Notes under the pieces: model-generated
Database searches by the model: none
Told to the model about the DNA's origin: nothing
Seen by the model: the letters and a program-made list of their open reading frames with translations, nothing else
Made by a program: the position numbers and the translations under genes
Assembly: GCF_964355755.1 (NCBI RefSeq)
Contig: NC_092671.1
Location: forward strand, 37,210,304-37,274,303
Source of the DNA: Antedon mediterranea
Taxonomy: Eukaryota; Animalia; Echinodermata
DNA length: 64,000 nt
Direction: 5' to 3'
Part shown: piece by piece, positions 38,491-52,959 of the stretch
Layout of the letters: every line of letters begins with the position of its first letter
Numbering within the stretch: position 1 is the first letter of the stretch

Positions 38491-41400
38491 TATGGCAAGC
38501 CTCAGCTGTCTGAAGTATTCAAAATATTATATTATTATATCATTTTTTTATTATATTATATATTGTATTGTAATGAATTATACATTTTGCATTATATTAC
38601 TTGGTTTTAGCATTATATTATATCTATTTCTAATATATTATGTGAAAAATGTAACAAATTATTGACTTTTTGTATTATATTATTTGGTTTTAGCATTATA
38701 TTATGAACATTTAATATTATATTATTAATAAAATACATTATATTAAAATATAATTGTATTATATTAAACGCATTTACTTTACTTTATAACATACAACATT
38801 ATTATATTATACGGATTCGTTAGTTATATTATTATGTTGTACGATGTTTATTATACGTCACGGCTTATTTCAGTTCTTCTAACTCTTTCTCTCCCTCCCC
38901 CTGTTCACTAGCAATCAGCGGCCGGCAGAATCTGAATTGTGACTGTTGAAGAATAACTACGTACTAGGCCTAGCCTAGGCCTACTAGGGGATCTAGACAA
39001 GTGACCAAGGATCACCGGACAGCTACAACTAATACTACAATACAATAATACTACTACAATAACTACTACTGCTACTACCTAGGCCTAGCTAGTGAGTAGT
39101 AGGTAGCTACTACTAGGCTCTAGGGCGTATGTATGATGTTAACTACTAGGTAGGGCTAGGCCTAACTAGAGGCCTACTAGTACTAGGCTAGGCCTAGACT
39201 TAAGTTGTAGTAGGCTAGGGCCGGGCCTGCTGCCTTAGGCTAGGCTACTACTACTACTAATACTACTAGGCAGCCCATGATGGGTACGAGTAAGCCAAAA
39301 TTTTGGATATATGTAAACCAAAATTTGGGTACGAGCGTGTTGGCATGGCATGCGTACGGGTTAACCTGTATCCTTCTAGCTAATCGTACTATGCCTAGGC
39401 CTCAAGTAAGTCTACGCTACCCAGTCCGGCTACAATATGGTCTATTTTGTTTTATAGCTTTATTGATAGCTGGGTTCAAATCTGGGTTGGGACGGCTTTT
39501 TCTCATTCTAAAACAGATTTCCTTATAATAAAATAATATATGAATTTATTTGTAATATTGTAATGTATACATAATATAAGTAATTGCCATTGCCTTTATT
39601 ACTATTAATTATGTATTAATAATTATACGGTTACCCCTTAATTATACTATATTATAATTTCATTGTTATATTTTACAATATTTTCTTCCTAATTCTACAA
39701 TTTTGTCTTTCACAGCACAAATTTATCATACTGAATCATCACACACCAAGTCTCATAAATCTCTACTGTATTTGTCCAAGCTACTCCAGCTACATGGTAT
39801 TGCCTTGAGGCTAAATTACACGGTATACTGGCACTACCATCATTCCTGGCTCGTCAACCTGTACCACATAAGCACAGTTTCAGTTTCAGTTTATTTACCA
39901 TTTCAATTTCTGAACATAAGAGATGAACAACTTATATGGATGGATAACCGTAAGAGCGAAGCTCGTTTACCGGTCACCCGTTAGTGCAGTGACATTACAG
40001 ACAACATAAAGACAGGACAAAGGTGCAATACTTAACAAGACATGTGAACACTTGTGTTTGCAACCCCTTGGATAAAATAATATATTTATATAATGGAGAA
40101 AGTTAGATATTATAATATTTCTTTTTGATCATACAATGATAATTTTTAAATTACTTCTTAAGAAGTCATACTACTGATTCAAAATAGTGACTTACACCCT
40201 GTGGTCAAGGCTTTCTTTGCTCTTAGGCTTATTTCCTCCAACATACAGAGTACATAGGACTTTTTTTATTCATAACTGTTGAATTGTTTCCCAATACATA
40301 GTACCTATTGGTATTATATCTAAAAATACAAAGGCGGCTAACACAGATAGTTCCATATATACAGTACTCTTTTATAAATAAATGTATCTCTCCAAACTAC
40401 TCCCAACTACCTAATCTAATAATAGTACTATTAGCATACTACTATACACTTTGTAGACAAGAAATAAGTTGTATACACTAGAGGACTTATGGTAGTACAG
40501 TCGATCGCCCTCTAACTGGCCCGGTCAACATAATCTATACCTAGATTATTACAGTAATTAAAGTACATTATTACAGAGTTTTTTTTTTTTTGCAGAAATC
40601 AAAGTTATGTGTATAGAAAGCAGTACTCGTATTAAAAACTAAGCAGGTTTTTGAACGCAAACTGGCAGGATATTTTGAATATTTTTTGTTGTTGAAACGA
40701 TGGAATCCTAACTTCAATTTCCACGAACCCTTTTATTTAAATTTATTTGAATAGACCTCCATGTAAACTCATTAAAGGCTACATGATTGTTTTATATTTT
40801 AATATGTGATAGTAGAAAATCATTGTGTATAATGAGGACTATGAATCTGATATTTACTTGCATTCTCATCTTTTTAAATTATTATTTATAATGCCGGTAA
40901 TGAGTTTAAAATTTAATTATATTGACTATTTTTGATAATCATCATGTCCTTATAAATTCATTTATATTTCTTTTGTGTAATATAGTTCATATATTATGTA
41001 TTAAGTAAATTGGTAAGGCCCTATACTGTTACTATTTAAGGAAAGTTTATATACACTATTATTTTATGCCTACCAATATTAGTATTAATTGTTTATGTAA
41101 ATATTTTGTCTAATTGCCTTGATTTTTTGTATAGGCCAATGGCATCAATGTTTTTCTCAAAGCAAATTAGCCTAATAATGCCACATTTAGACACATGATT
41201 CATTGATTTCTGATATTCTGTACTTGTGTATGCATTACTAAAATAGTAGTTAATATATTTCATTTATAATGTATGTATAAACATATATTCATATTTTTTT
41301 AAACATTTTTAAATTTAAAAATTATTACAATACCTATCTACCTTTCTGATATTGTTACTATTATATATTATTTTTTGAGGCAGCAATAAAAAAAAAATTA

Positions 41401-44400
41401 GAACAATTAATTTGAGTTATACTGTACTATGTTAGTTCAGGAGATGAAGTGTGTGTGGGCAGAAACTAGTGTGTTGGAGGTTGGTGGTGTGAGGTGTATA
41501 GTTGTCACTTTAAGATCTAAATTAGATGTTTTCTGAAGAAAAGAAGTAAGCGCATACGCTTTCAAACAACTCCAAGAAGATTCACACAAAAATAATTACT
41601 TTCCAATAAAGTAGTATAACAGTGTATATTACAGTACATTGAATAAACTCGAGCGGAATAATAACGCACATAAAAAAACATTCATTTTCTTTTCGAAAAG
41701 TGCCCTCTCTAGTTTTCTATTAATTTATTAATAATTATTATTAATTAATGAGTAATATGAACATATTTTTAACATTCAATGCTGGAAGCTGGTTCTACTC
41801 CTAACAAAGTTTCATATCTCCAAATTTCATCAACGTATTCAAAGCACTTCAATATTAAATATCACATTTAACATAAAAATTCGGGTTTTGGATAGAATTT
41901 TGCTTAAAAACATATACAAAAAACATCGATAAAAAATACTTTTCGTATTCAAAAACATTTGATACTTGGTATAAATGTTCACTATAGGTTGCTCTATTCA
42001 CAGAAAAAAAATTGCATTCATGAACGTTTTTTGTTGGTTGTTTTTTCAAAATAGTTATTAGCTTGAAAAAAACGAGTTGGAATTGTATGGTCTTTCATAA
42101 GTGTACATTTTGTAAAAACGTAAATTTAAAAAATCAGTGATATGGCTTGATAGTTATTTTTGGTTTGCAATATGGATGGAGCAACCTATATTGAACATTT
42201 ATACCAAGTATAAAATGTTTTTGAATACGAAAAGTATTTTTTATCGATGTTTTTTGTATATGTTTTTAAGCAAAATTATATCCAAAACCTGAATTTGTAA
42301 TGTTAAATGTAATTTATTTAAGTGCTTTGAATACGTTGATGAAATTTGGAGATATGAAACTTTGTTAGGAGTAGATACAGTTTCCAGCATTAAATTTTAA
42401 AAATATGTTCATATTACTCATTAATTGATAATAATTATTAATAAATTAATAGAAAACTAGAGAGGGCACTTTTCGACAAGAAAATGAATGTTTTTTTATG
42501 TGTGTTATTATTCCGCTCGAGTTTATTCAATGTACTGTAATATACACTGTTATACTATTTTATTGGAAAGTAAATATTTTTGTGTGAATCTTCTTGGAGT
42601 TGTTTGAAAGCGTATCCGCTTACTTCTTTTCTTCAGAAAACATCTAATTTAGGTCTTAAAGTGACAACTATACACCTCACACCATCAACCTCCAACACAC
42701 TAGTTTCTGCTCACACACACTTCATCTCCTGAACTAACATAGTACAGTATAAGTCAAATAAATTTTTTAATTTTTTTTTATTGCTGCCTCCAAAAATATT
42801 ATATAATAGTAACAATATCAGAAAGGTAGATAGGTATTGTAATAATTTTTAAATTTAAAAATGTTAAAAAAAATATGAATATATGTTTATACATACATTA
42901 TAAATGAAATATATTAACTACTATTTTAGTAATGCATACACAAGTACAGAATATCAGAAATCAATGAATCATGTGTCTAAATGTGGCATTATTAGGCTAA
43001 TTTGCTTTGAGAAAAACATTGATGCCATTGGCCTATACAAAAATCAAGGCAATTAGACAAAATATTTACATAAACAATTAATACTAATATTGGTAGGCAT
43101 AAAATAATAGTGTATATAAACTTTCCTTAAATAATAACAGTATAGGGCCTTACCAATTTATTTAATACATAATATATGAACTATATTACACAAAAAAAGT
43201 ATAAATGAATTTATAAGGACATGATGATTATCAAAAATAGTCAATATAATTAAATTTTAAACTCATTACCGGCATTATAAATAATATTTTAAAAAGATAA
43301 GAATGCAAGTAAATATCAGATTCATAGTCCTCATTATACACAATGATTTCCTACTATCACATATTAAAATATAAAACAATCATGTAGCCTTTAATTTCTT
43401 TACATGGAGGTCTATTCAAATAAATTTAAATAAAAGGGTCATAATATGTCTTCGTCTCCAGTTCGTGGAAATTGAAGTTAGGATTCCATCATTTCAACAA
43501 CAAAAAATATTCAAAATATCCTGCCAGTTTGCATTCAAGACCTGCAACCTGCTTAGTTTTTAATACGAGTACTGCTTTCTATACACATAACTTTGATTTC
43601 TGCAAAAAAAAAAAAAAACTCTGTAATAATGTACTTTAAATACTGTAATAATCTAGGTATAGATTATGTTGACCGGGCCAGTTAGAGGGCGTTCGACTGT
43701 ACTACCATAAGTCCTGTAGGTGTATACAACTTATTTCTTGTGTATAGTAGTATGCTAATGGTACTATTATTAGATTAGGTAGTTGGGAGTAGTTTGGAGA
43801 GATACATCTATCTATAAAAGAGTACTGTATATATGGAACTATCTGTGTTAGCCGCCTTTGTATTTTTAGATATAATACCAATAGGTACTATGTATTGGGA
43901 AACAATTCAACAGTTATGAATAAAAAAAGTCCTATGTACTCTGTATGTTGGAGGAAATACGCATAAGAGCAAATAAAGCCTTGACCACAGGGTGTAAGTC
44001 ACTATTTTGAATCAGTAGTATGACTTCTTAAGAAGTAATTTAAAAATTATCATTGTATGATCAAAAAGAAATATTATAATATCTAACTTTCTCCTTTATA
44101 TAATAAATATATTATTTTATCCAAGGGGTGGCAAACACAAGTGTTCACATGTCTTGTTAAGTATTGCACCTTTGTCCTGTCTTTATGTTTTCTGTAATGT
44201 CACTGCACTAACGGGTGACCGGTAAACGAGCTCCGCTCTTACGGTTATCCATCCATATAAGTTGTTCATCTCTTATGTTCAGAAATTGAAATGGTAAATA
44301 AACTGAAACTGTGCTTATGTGGTACAGGTTGACGAGCCAGGAATGATGGTAGTGCCAGTATACCGTGTAGTTTAGCCTCAAGGCAATACCATGTAGCTGG

Positions 44401-45693
44401 AGTAGCTTGGACAAATACAGTAGAGATTTATGAGACTTGGTGTGTGATGATTCAGTATGATAAATTTGTGCTGTGAAAGACAAAATTGTAGAATTAGGAA
44501 GAAAATATTGTAAAATATAACAAGGAAATTATACTATAGTATAATTAAGGAGTAACCGTATAATACATAATTAATAGTAATAAAGGCAATGGCAATTACT
44601 TATATTATGTATACATTACAATAATATTACAAATAAATTCATATATTATTTTATTATGATAAGGAAATCTGTTTTAGAATGAGAAAAAGTCGTCCCAACC
44701 CAGATTTGAACCCAGCTATCAATAAAGCTATAAAACAAAATAGACCATATTGTAGCCGGACTGGGTAGCGTAGACTTACTTGAGGCCTAGGCATAGTACG
44801 ATTAGCTAGAAGGATACAGGTCAACCCGTACGCATGCCATGCCAACACGCTCGTACCCAAATTTTGGTTTACATATATCCAAAATTTTGGCTTACTCGTA
44901 CCCATCATGGGCTGCCTAGTAGTAGTAGTAGTAGTAGTAGCCTAGCCTAAGGCAGCAGGCCCGGCCCTAGCCTACTACAACTTAAGTCTAGGCCTAGCCT
45001 AGTACTAGTAGGCCTCTAGGCCTAGCCTAGGCCCTAGTAGTTAACATCATACATACGCCCTAGAGCCTAGTATATTCCTACCTACTACTCACTAGCTAGG
45101 CCTAGGTAGTAGCAGTAGTAGTTATTGTAGTAGTATTATTGTATTGTAGTATTAGTTGTAGCTGTCCGGTGATCCTTGGTCACTTGTCTAGATCCCCTAG
45201 TAGGCCTAGGCTAGGCCTAGTACGTAGTTATTCTTCAACAGTCACAATTCAGATTCTGCCGGCCGCTGATTGCTAGTGAACAGGGGGAGGGAGAGAAAGA
45301 GTTAGAAGAACTGAAATAAGCCGTGACGTATAATAAACATCATACAAAATAATAATATAACTAACGAATCCGTATAATATAATAATGTTGTATGTTATAA
45401 AGTAAAGTAAATGCGTTTAATATAATACAATTATATTATAATATAATGTATTTTATTAATAATATAATATTAAATGTTCATAATATAATGCTAAAACCAA
45501 ATAATATAATACAAAAAGTCAATAATTTGTTACATTTTTCACATAATATATTAGAAATAGATATAATATAATGCTAAAACCAAGTAATATAATGCAAAAC
45601 GTATAATTCATTACAATACAATATATAATATAATAAAAAAATGATATAATAATATAATATTTTGAATACTTCAGACAGCTGAGGCTTGCCATA
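38491..45693 (+). mobile_element. Giant foldback DNA element A (non-autonomous, IS3EU-like termini)
   Basis: Inverted arms 38491-41994 and 42179-45693, spacer 41995-42178. Ends TATGGCAAGCC...GGCTTGCCATA. TSD AAAAGA at 38485-38490 and 45694-45699. Confidence 0.9.
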
Positions 45694-45764
45694 AAAAGAT
45701 ATTATCCATGTGTGTTATAATACACATTGTATATAGAACCTTATTTTTTTTTTTTATCTTATAT

Positions 45765-48700
45765 TATGGCAAGCCTCAGCTGTCTGAAGTATTCAAAATA
45801 TTATATTATTATATCATTTTCTATTATATTATATATTGTATTGTAATGAATTATACGTTTTGCATTATATTACTTGGTTTTAGCATTATATTATATCTAT
45901 TTCTAATATATTATGTGAAAAATGTAACAAATTATTGACTTTTTGTATTATATTATTTGGTTTTAGCATTATATTATGAACATTTAATATTATATTAGTA
46001 ATAAAATACATTATATTATAATATAATTGTATTATATTAAACGCATTTACTTTACTTTATAACATACAACATTATTATATTATACGGATTCGTTAGTTAT
46101 ATTATTATTTTGTATGATGTTTATTATACGTCACGGCTTATTTCAGTTCTTCTAACTCTTTCTCTCCCTCCCCCTGTTCACTAGCAATCAGCGGCCGGCA
46201 GAATCTGAATTGTGTGACTGTTGAAGAATAACTACGTACTAGGCCTAGCCTAGGCCTACTAGGGGATCTAGACAAGTGACCAAGGATCACCGGACAGCTA
46301 CAACTAATACTACAATACAATAATACTACTACAATAACTACTACTGCTACTACCTAGGCCTAGCTAGTGAGTAGTAGGTAGCTACTACTGGGCGTATGTA
46401 TGATGTTAACTACTAGGGCCTATCTAGGCTAGGCCTAGAGGCCTACTAGGCTAGGCCTAGACTTAAGTTGTAGTAGGCTAGGGCCGGGCCTGCTGCCTTA
46501 GGCTAGGCTACTACTACTACTACTACTAGGCAGCCCATGATGGGTACGAGTAAGCCAAAATTCTGGATATATGTAAACCAAAATTTGGGTACGAGTGTGT
46601 TGGCATGGCATGGGTACGGGTTGACCTGTATCCTTCTAATCTAGCTAATCGTACTATGCCTTGGCCTCAAGTAAGTCTACGCTACCCAGTCCGGCTACAA
46701 TATGGTCTATTTTGTTTTATAGCTTTATTGATAGCTGGGTTCAAATCTGTGTTGGGACGGCTTTTTCTCATTCTAAAACAGATTTCCTTATAATAAAATA
46801 ATATATGAATTTATTTGTAATATTGTAATGTATACATAATATAAGTAATTGCCATTGCCTTTATTACTATTAATTATGTATTATACTGTTACCCCTTAAT
46901 TATACTATAGTATAATTTCCTTGTTATATTTTACAATATTTTCTTCCTAATTCTACAATTTTGTCTTTCACAGCACAAATTTATCATACTGAATCATCAC
47001 ACACCAAGTCTCATAAATCTCTACTGTATTTGTCCAAGCTACTCCAGCTACATGGTATTGCCTTGAGGCTAAACTACACCGTATATTGGCACTACCATCA
47101 TTCCTGGCTCGTCAACCTGTACCACATAAGCACAGTTTCAGTTTCAGTTTATTTACCATTTCAATTTCTGAACATAAGAGATGAACAACTTATATGGATG
47201 GATAACCGTAAGAGCGAAGCTCGTTTACCGGTCACCCGTTAGTGCAGTGACATTACAGAAAACATAAAGACAGGACAAAGGTGCAATACTTAACAAGACA
47301 TGTGAACACTTGTGTTTGCAACCCCTTGGATAAAATAATATATTTATATAAAGGAGAAAGTTAGATATTATAATATTTCTTTTTGATCATACAATGATAT
47401 TTTTTTAATTACTTCTTAAGAAGTCATACTACTGATTCAAAATAGTGACTTACACCCTGTGGTCAAGGCTTTATTTGCTCTTATGCTTATTTCCTCCAAC
47501 ATACAGAGTACATAGGACTTTTTTTATTCATAACTGTTGAATTGTTTCCCAATACATAGTACCTATTGGTATTATATCTAAAAATACAAAGGCGACTAAC
47601 ACAGATAGTTCCATATATACAGTACTCTTTTATAGATAGATGTATCTCTCCAAACTACTCCCAACTACCTAATCTAATAATAGTACTATTAGCATACTAC
47701 TATACACTTTGTAGACAAGAAATAAGTTGTATACACCTACAGGACTTATGGTAGTACAGTCGATCGCACTCTCACTGGCCCGGTCAACATAATCTATACC
47801 TAGATTAATATTACAGTAATTAAAGTACATTATTACAGAGTTTTGTTTTTTTTTGTTATGTGTATAGAAAGCAGTACTCGTATTAAAAACTAAGCAGGTT
47901 GCAGGTCTTGAATGCAAACTGGCAGGATATTTTGAATATTTTTTGTTGTTGAAATGATGGAATCCTAACTTCAATTTCCACGAACTGGAGACGAAGACAT
48001 ATTATGACCCTTTTATTTAAATATTTGAATAGACCTCCATGTAAAGTAATTAAAGGCTACATGATTGTTTTATAGTTTAATATGTGATAGTAGGAAATCA
48101 TTGTGTATAATGAGGACTATGAATCTGATATTTACTTGCATTCTTATCTTTTTAAAATATTGTTTATAATGCCGGTAATGAGTTTAAAATTTAATTATAT
48201 TGACTATTTTTGATAAATCATCATGTCCTTATAAATTCATTTATACTTTTTTTGTGTAATATAGTTCATATATTATGTATTAAATAAATTGGTAAGGCCC
48301 TATACTGTTATTATTTAAGGAAAGTTTATATACACTATTATTTTATGCCTACCAATATTAGTATTAATTGTTTATGTAAATATTTTGTCTAATTGCCTTG
48401 ATTTTTGTATAGGCCAATGGCATCAATGTTTTTCTCAAAGCAAATTAGCCTAATAATGCCACATTTAGACACATGATTCATTGATTTCTGATATTCTGTA
48501 CTTGTGTATGCATTACTAAAATAGTAGTTAATATATTTCATTTATAATGTATGTAGGCATATAAACATATATTCATATTTTTTTTAACATTTTTAAATTT
48601 AAAAATTATTACAATACCTATCTACCTTTCTGATATTGTTACTATTATATAATATTTTTTGAGGCAGCAATAAAAAAAAATTAAAAAATTTATTTGACTT

Positions 48701-51700
48701 ATACTGTACTATGTTAGTTCAGGAGATGAAGTGTGTGTGGGCAGAAACTAGTGTGTTGAAGGTTGGTGGTGTGAGGTGTATAGTTGTCACTTTAAGACCT
48801 AAATTAGATGTTTTCTGAAGAAAAGAAGTAAGCGGATACGCTTTCAAACAACTCCAAGAAGATTCACACAAAAATAATTACTTTCCAATAAAATAGTATA
48901 ACAGTGTATATTACAGTACATTGAATAAACTCGAGCGGAATAATAACACACATAAAAAAACATTCATTTTCTGGTCGAAAAGTGCCCTCTCTAGTTTTCT
49001 ATTAATTTATTAATAATTATTATCAATTAATGAGTAATATGAACATATTCTTAAAATTTAATGCTGGAAACTGTATCTACTCCTAACAAAGTTTCATATC
49101 TCCAAATTTCATCAACGTATTCAAAGCACTTAAATAAATTACATTTAACATTACAAATTCAGGTTTTGGATATAATTTTGCTTAAAAACACATACAAAAA
49201 ACATCGATAAAAAATACTTTTCGTATTCAAAAACATTTGATACTTGGTATAATTGTTCAATATAGGTTGCTCCATCCATATTGCAAACAAAAAATAACTA
49301 TCAAGCCATATCACTGATTTTTTAAATTTACGTTTTTACAAAATGTACACTTATGAAAGACCATATAATTCCAACTCATTTTTTTCAAGCTAATAACTAT
49401 TTTGAAAAAACAACCAACAAAAAACGTCCATGAATGCAATTTTTTTCTGTGAATAGAGCAACCTATAGTGAACATTTATACCAAGTATCAAATGTTTTTG
49501 AATACGAAAAGTATTTTTTATCGATGTTTTTTGTATATGTTTTTAAGCAAAATTCTATCCAAAACCCGAATTTTTATGTTAAATGTGATATTTAATATTG
49601 AAGTGCTTTGAATATGTTGATGAAATTTGGAGATATGAAACTTTGTTAGGAGTAGAACCAGCTTCCAGCATTGAATGTTAAAAATATGTTCATATTACTC
49701 ATTAATTAATAATAATTATTAATAAATTAATAGAAAACTAGAGAGGGCACTTTTCGAAAAGAAAATGAATGTTTTTTATGTGCGTTATTATTCCGCTCGA
49801 GTTTATTCAATGTACTGTAATATACACTGTTATACTACTTTATTGGAAAGTAATTATTTTTGTGTGAATCTTCTTGGAGTTGTTTGAAAGCGTATGCGCT
49901 TACTTCTTTTCTTCAGAAAACATCTAATTTAGGTCTTAAAGTGACAACTATACACCTCACACCACCAACCTCCAACACACACTTCATCTCCTGAACTAAC
50001 ATAGTACAGTATAACTCAAATTAATTGTTCTAATTTTTTTTTTATTGCTGCCTCAAAGAATATTATATAATAGTAACAATATCAGAAAGGTAGATAGGTA
50101 TTGTAATAATTTTTAAATTTAAAAATGTTAAAAAAAATATGAATATATGTTTATACATACATTATAAATGAAATATATTAACTACTATTTTAGTAATGCA
50201 TACACATGTACAGAATATCAGAAATCAATGAATCATGTGTCTAAATGTGGCATTATTATTAGGCTAATTTGCTTTGAGAAAAACATTGATGCCATTGGCC
50301 TATACAAAAAATCAAGGCAATTAGACAAAATATTTACATAAACAATTAATACTAATATTGGTAGGCATAAAATAATAGTGTATATAAACTTTCCTTAAAT
50401 AGTAACAGTATAGGGCCTTACCAATTTACTTAATACATAATATATGAACTATATTACACAAAAGAAATATAAATGAATTTATAAGGACATGATGATTATA
50501 AAAAATAGTCAATATAATTAAATTTTAAACTCATTACCGGCATTATAAATAATAATTTAAAAAGATGAGAATGCAAGTAAATATCAGATTCATAGTCCTC
50601 ATTATACACAATGATTTTCTACTATCACATATTAAAATATAAAACAATCATGTAGCCTTTAATGAGTTTACATGGAGGTCTATTCAAATAAATTTAAATA
50701 AAAGGGTTCGTGGAAATTGAAGTTAGGATTCCATCATTTCAACAACAAAAAATATTCAAAATATCCTGCCAGTTTGCGTTCAAAAACCTGCTTAGTTTTT
50801 AATACGAGTACTGCTTTCTATACACATAACTTTGATTTCTGCAAAAAAAAAAAAACTCTGTAATAATGTACTTTAATTACTGTAATAATCTAGGTATAGA
50901 TTATGTTGACCGGGCCAGTGATCGACTGTACTACCATAAGTCCTCTAGTGTATACAACTTATTTCTTGTCTACAAAGTGTATAGTAGTATGCTAATAGTA
51001 CTATTATTAGATTAGGTAGTTGGGAGTAGTTTGGAGAGATACATTTATTTATAAAAGAGTACTGTATATATGGAACTATCTGTGTTAGCCGCCTTTGTAT
51101 TTTTAGATATAATACCAATAGGTACTATGTATTGGGAAACAATTCAACAGTTGTGAATAAAAAAAGTCCTATGTACTCTGTATGTTGGAGGAAATAAGCA
51201 TAAGAGCAAAGAAAGCCTTGACCACAGGGTGTAAGTCACTATTTTGAATGAGTAGTATGACTTCTTAAGAAGTAATTTAAAAATTATCATTGTATGACCA
51301 AAAAGAAATATTATAATATCTAACTTTCTCCATTATATAAATCATGGAGTCTTTACTCCATGTATAAATATATTATTTTATCCAAGGGGTTGCAAACACA
51401 AGTGTTCACATGTCTTGTTAAGTATTGCACCTTTGTCCTGTCTTTATGTTTTCTGTAATGTCACTGCACTAACGGGTGACCGGTAAACGAGCTTCGCTCT
51501 TACGGTTATCCATCCATAAGTTGTTCATCTCTTATGTTCAGAAATTGAAATGGTAAATAAACTGAAACTGAAACTGTGCTTATGTGGTACAGGTTGACGA
51601 GCCAGGAATGATGGTAGTGCCAGTATACCGTGTAATTTAGCCTCAAGGCAATACCATGTAGCTGGAGTAGCTTGGACAAATACAGTAGAGATTTATGAGA

Positions 51701-52956
51701 CTTGGTGTGTGATGATTCAGTATGATAAATTTGTGCTGTGAAAGACAAAATTGTAGAATTAGGAAGAAAATATTGTAAAATATAACAAGGAAATTATACT
51801 ATAGTATAATTAAGGGGTAACCGTATAATACATAATTAATAGTAATAAAGGCAATGGCAATTACTTATATTATGTATACATTACAATATTACAAATAAAT
51901 TCATATATTATTTTATTATAAGGAAATCTGTTTTAGAATGAGAAAAAGCCGTCCCAACCCAGATTTGAACCCAGCTATCAATAAAGCTATAAAACAAAAT
52001 AGACCATATTGTAGCCGGACTGGGTAGCGTAGACTTACTTGAGGCCTAGGCATAGTACGATTAGCTAGAAGGATACAGGTTAACCCGTACCCATGCCATG
52101 CCAACACGCTCGTACCCAAATTTTGGTTAACATATATCCAAAATTTTGGCTTACTCGTACCCATCATGGGCTGCCTAGTAGTAGTAGTAGTAGTAGTAGC
52201 CTAGCCTAAGGCAGCAGGCCCGGCCCTAGCCTACTACAACTTAAGTCTAGGCCTAGCCTAGTACTAGTAGGCCTCTAGGCCTAGCCTAGGCCTACCTAGT
52301 AGTTAACATCATACATACGCCCTAGAGCCTAGTAGTAGCTACCTACTACTCACTAGCTAGGCCTAGGTAGTAGCAGTAGTAGTTATTGTAGTAGTATTAT
52401 TGTATTGTAGTATTAGTTGTAGCTGTCCGGTGATCCTTGGTCACTTGTCTAGATCCCCTAGTAGGCCTAGGCTAGGCCTAGTACGTAGTTATTCTTCAAC
52501 AGTCACACAATTCAGATTCTGCCGGCCGCTGATTGCTAGTGAACAGGGGGAGGGAGAGAAAGAGTTAGAAGAACTGAAATAAGCCGTGACGTATAATAAA
52601 CATCATACAAAATAATAATATAACTAACGAATCCGTATAATATAATAATGTTGTATGTTATAAAGTAAAGTAAATGCGTTTAATATAATACAATTATATT
52701 ATAATATAATGTATTTTATTAATAATATAATATTAAATGTTCATAATATAATGCTAAAACCAAATAATATAATACAAAAAGTCAATAATTTGTTACATTT
52801 TTCACACAATATATTAGAAATAGATATAATATAATGCTAAAACCAAGTAATATAATGCAAAACGTATAATTCATTACAATACAATATATAATATAATAAA
52901 AAAATGATATAATAATATAATATTTTGAATACTTCAGACAGCTGAGGCTTGCCATA
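45765..52956 (-). mobile_element. Giant foldback DNA element B (opposite orientation)
   Basis: Arms 45765-49272 and 49456-52956; spacer 49273-49455 is the reverse complement of A's. TSD TTATAT at 45759-45764 and 52957-52962. Confidence 0.9.
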
Positions 52957-52959
52957 TTA

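Noticed and set aside
39277-39984. Short ORFs repeated in every arm (MMGTSKPK..., MSFTAQIY...)
   Set aside because: No recognisable motifs, some have non-ATG starts, and indels disrupt them in some arms. Their recurrence only reflects the repeat.
38491-45693. Polinton/Maverick assignment based on the 6-bp TSD and long TIRs
   Set aside because: Termini are TATGG rather than AG-type, and there is no polymerase, integrase or capsid remnant.
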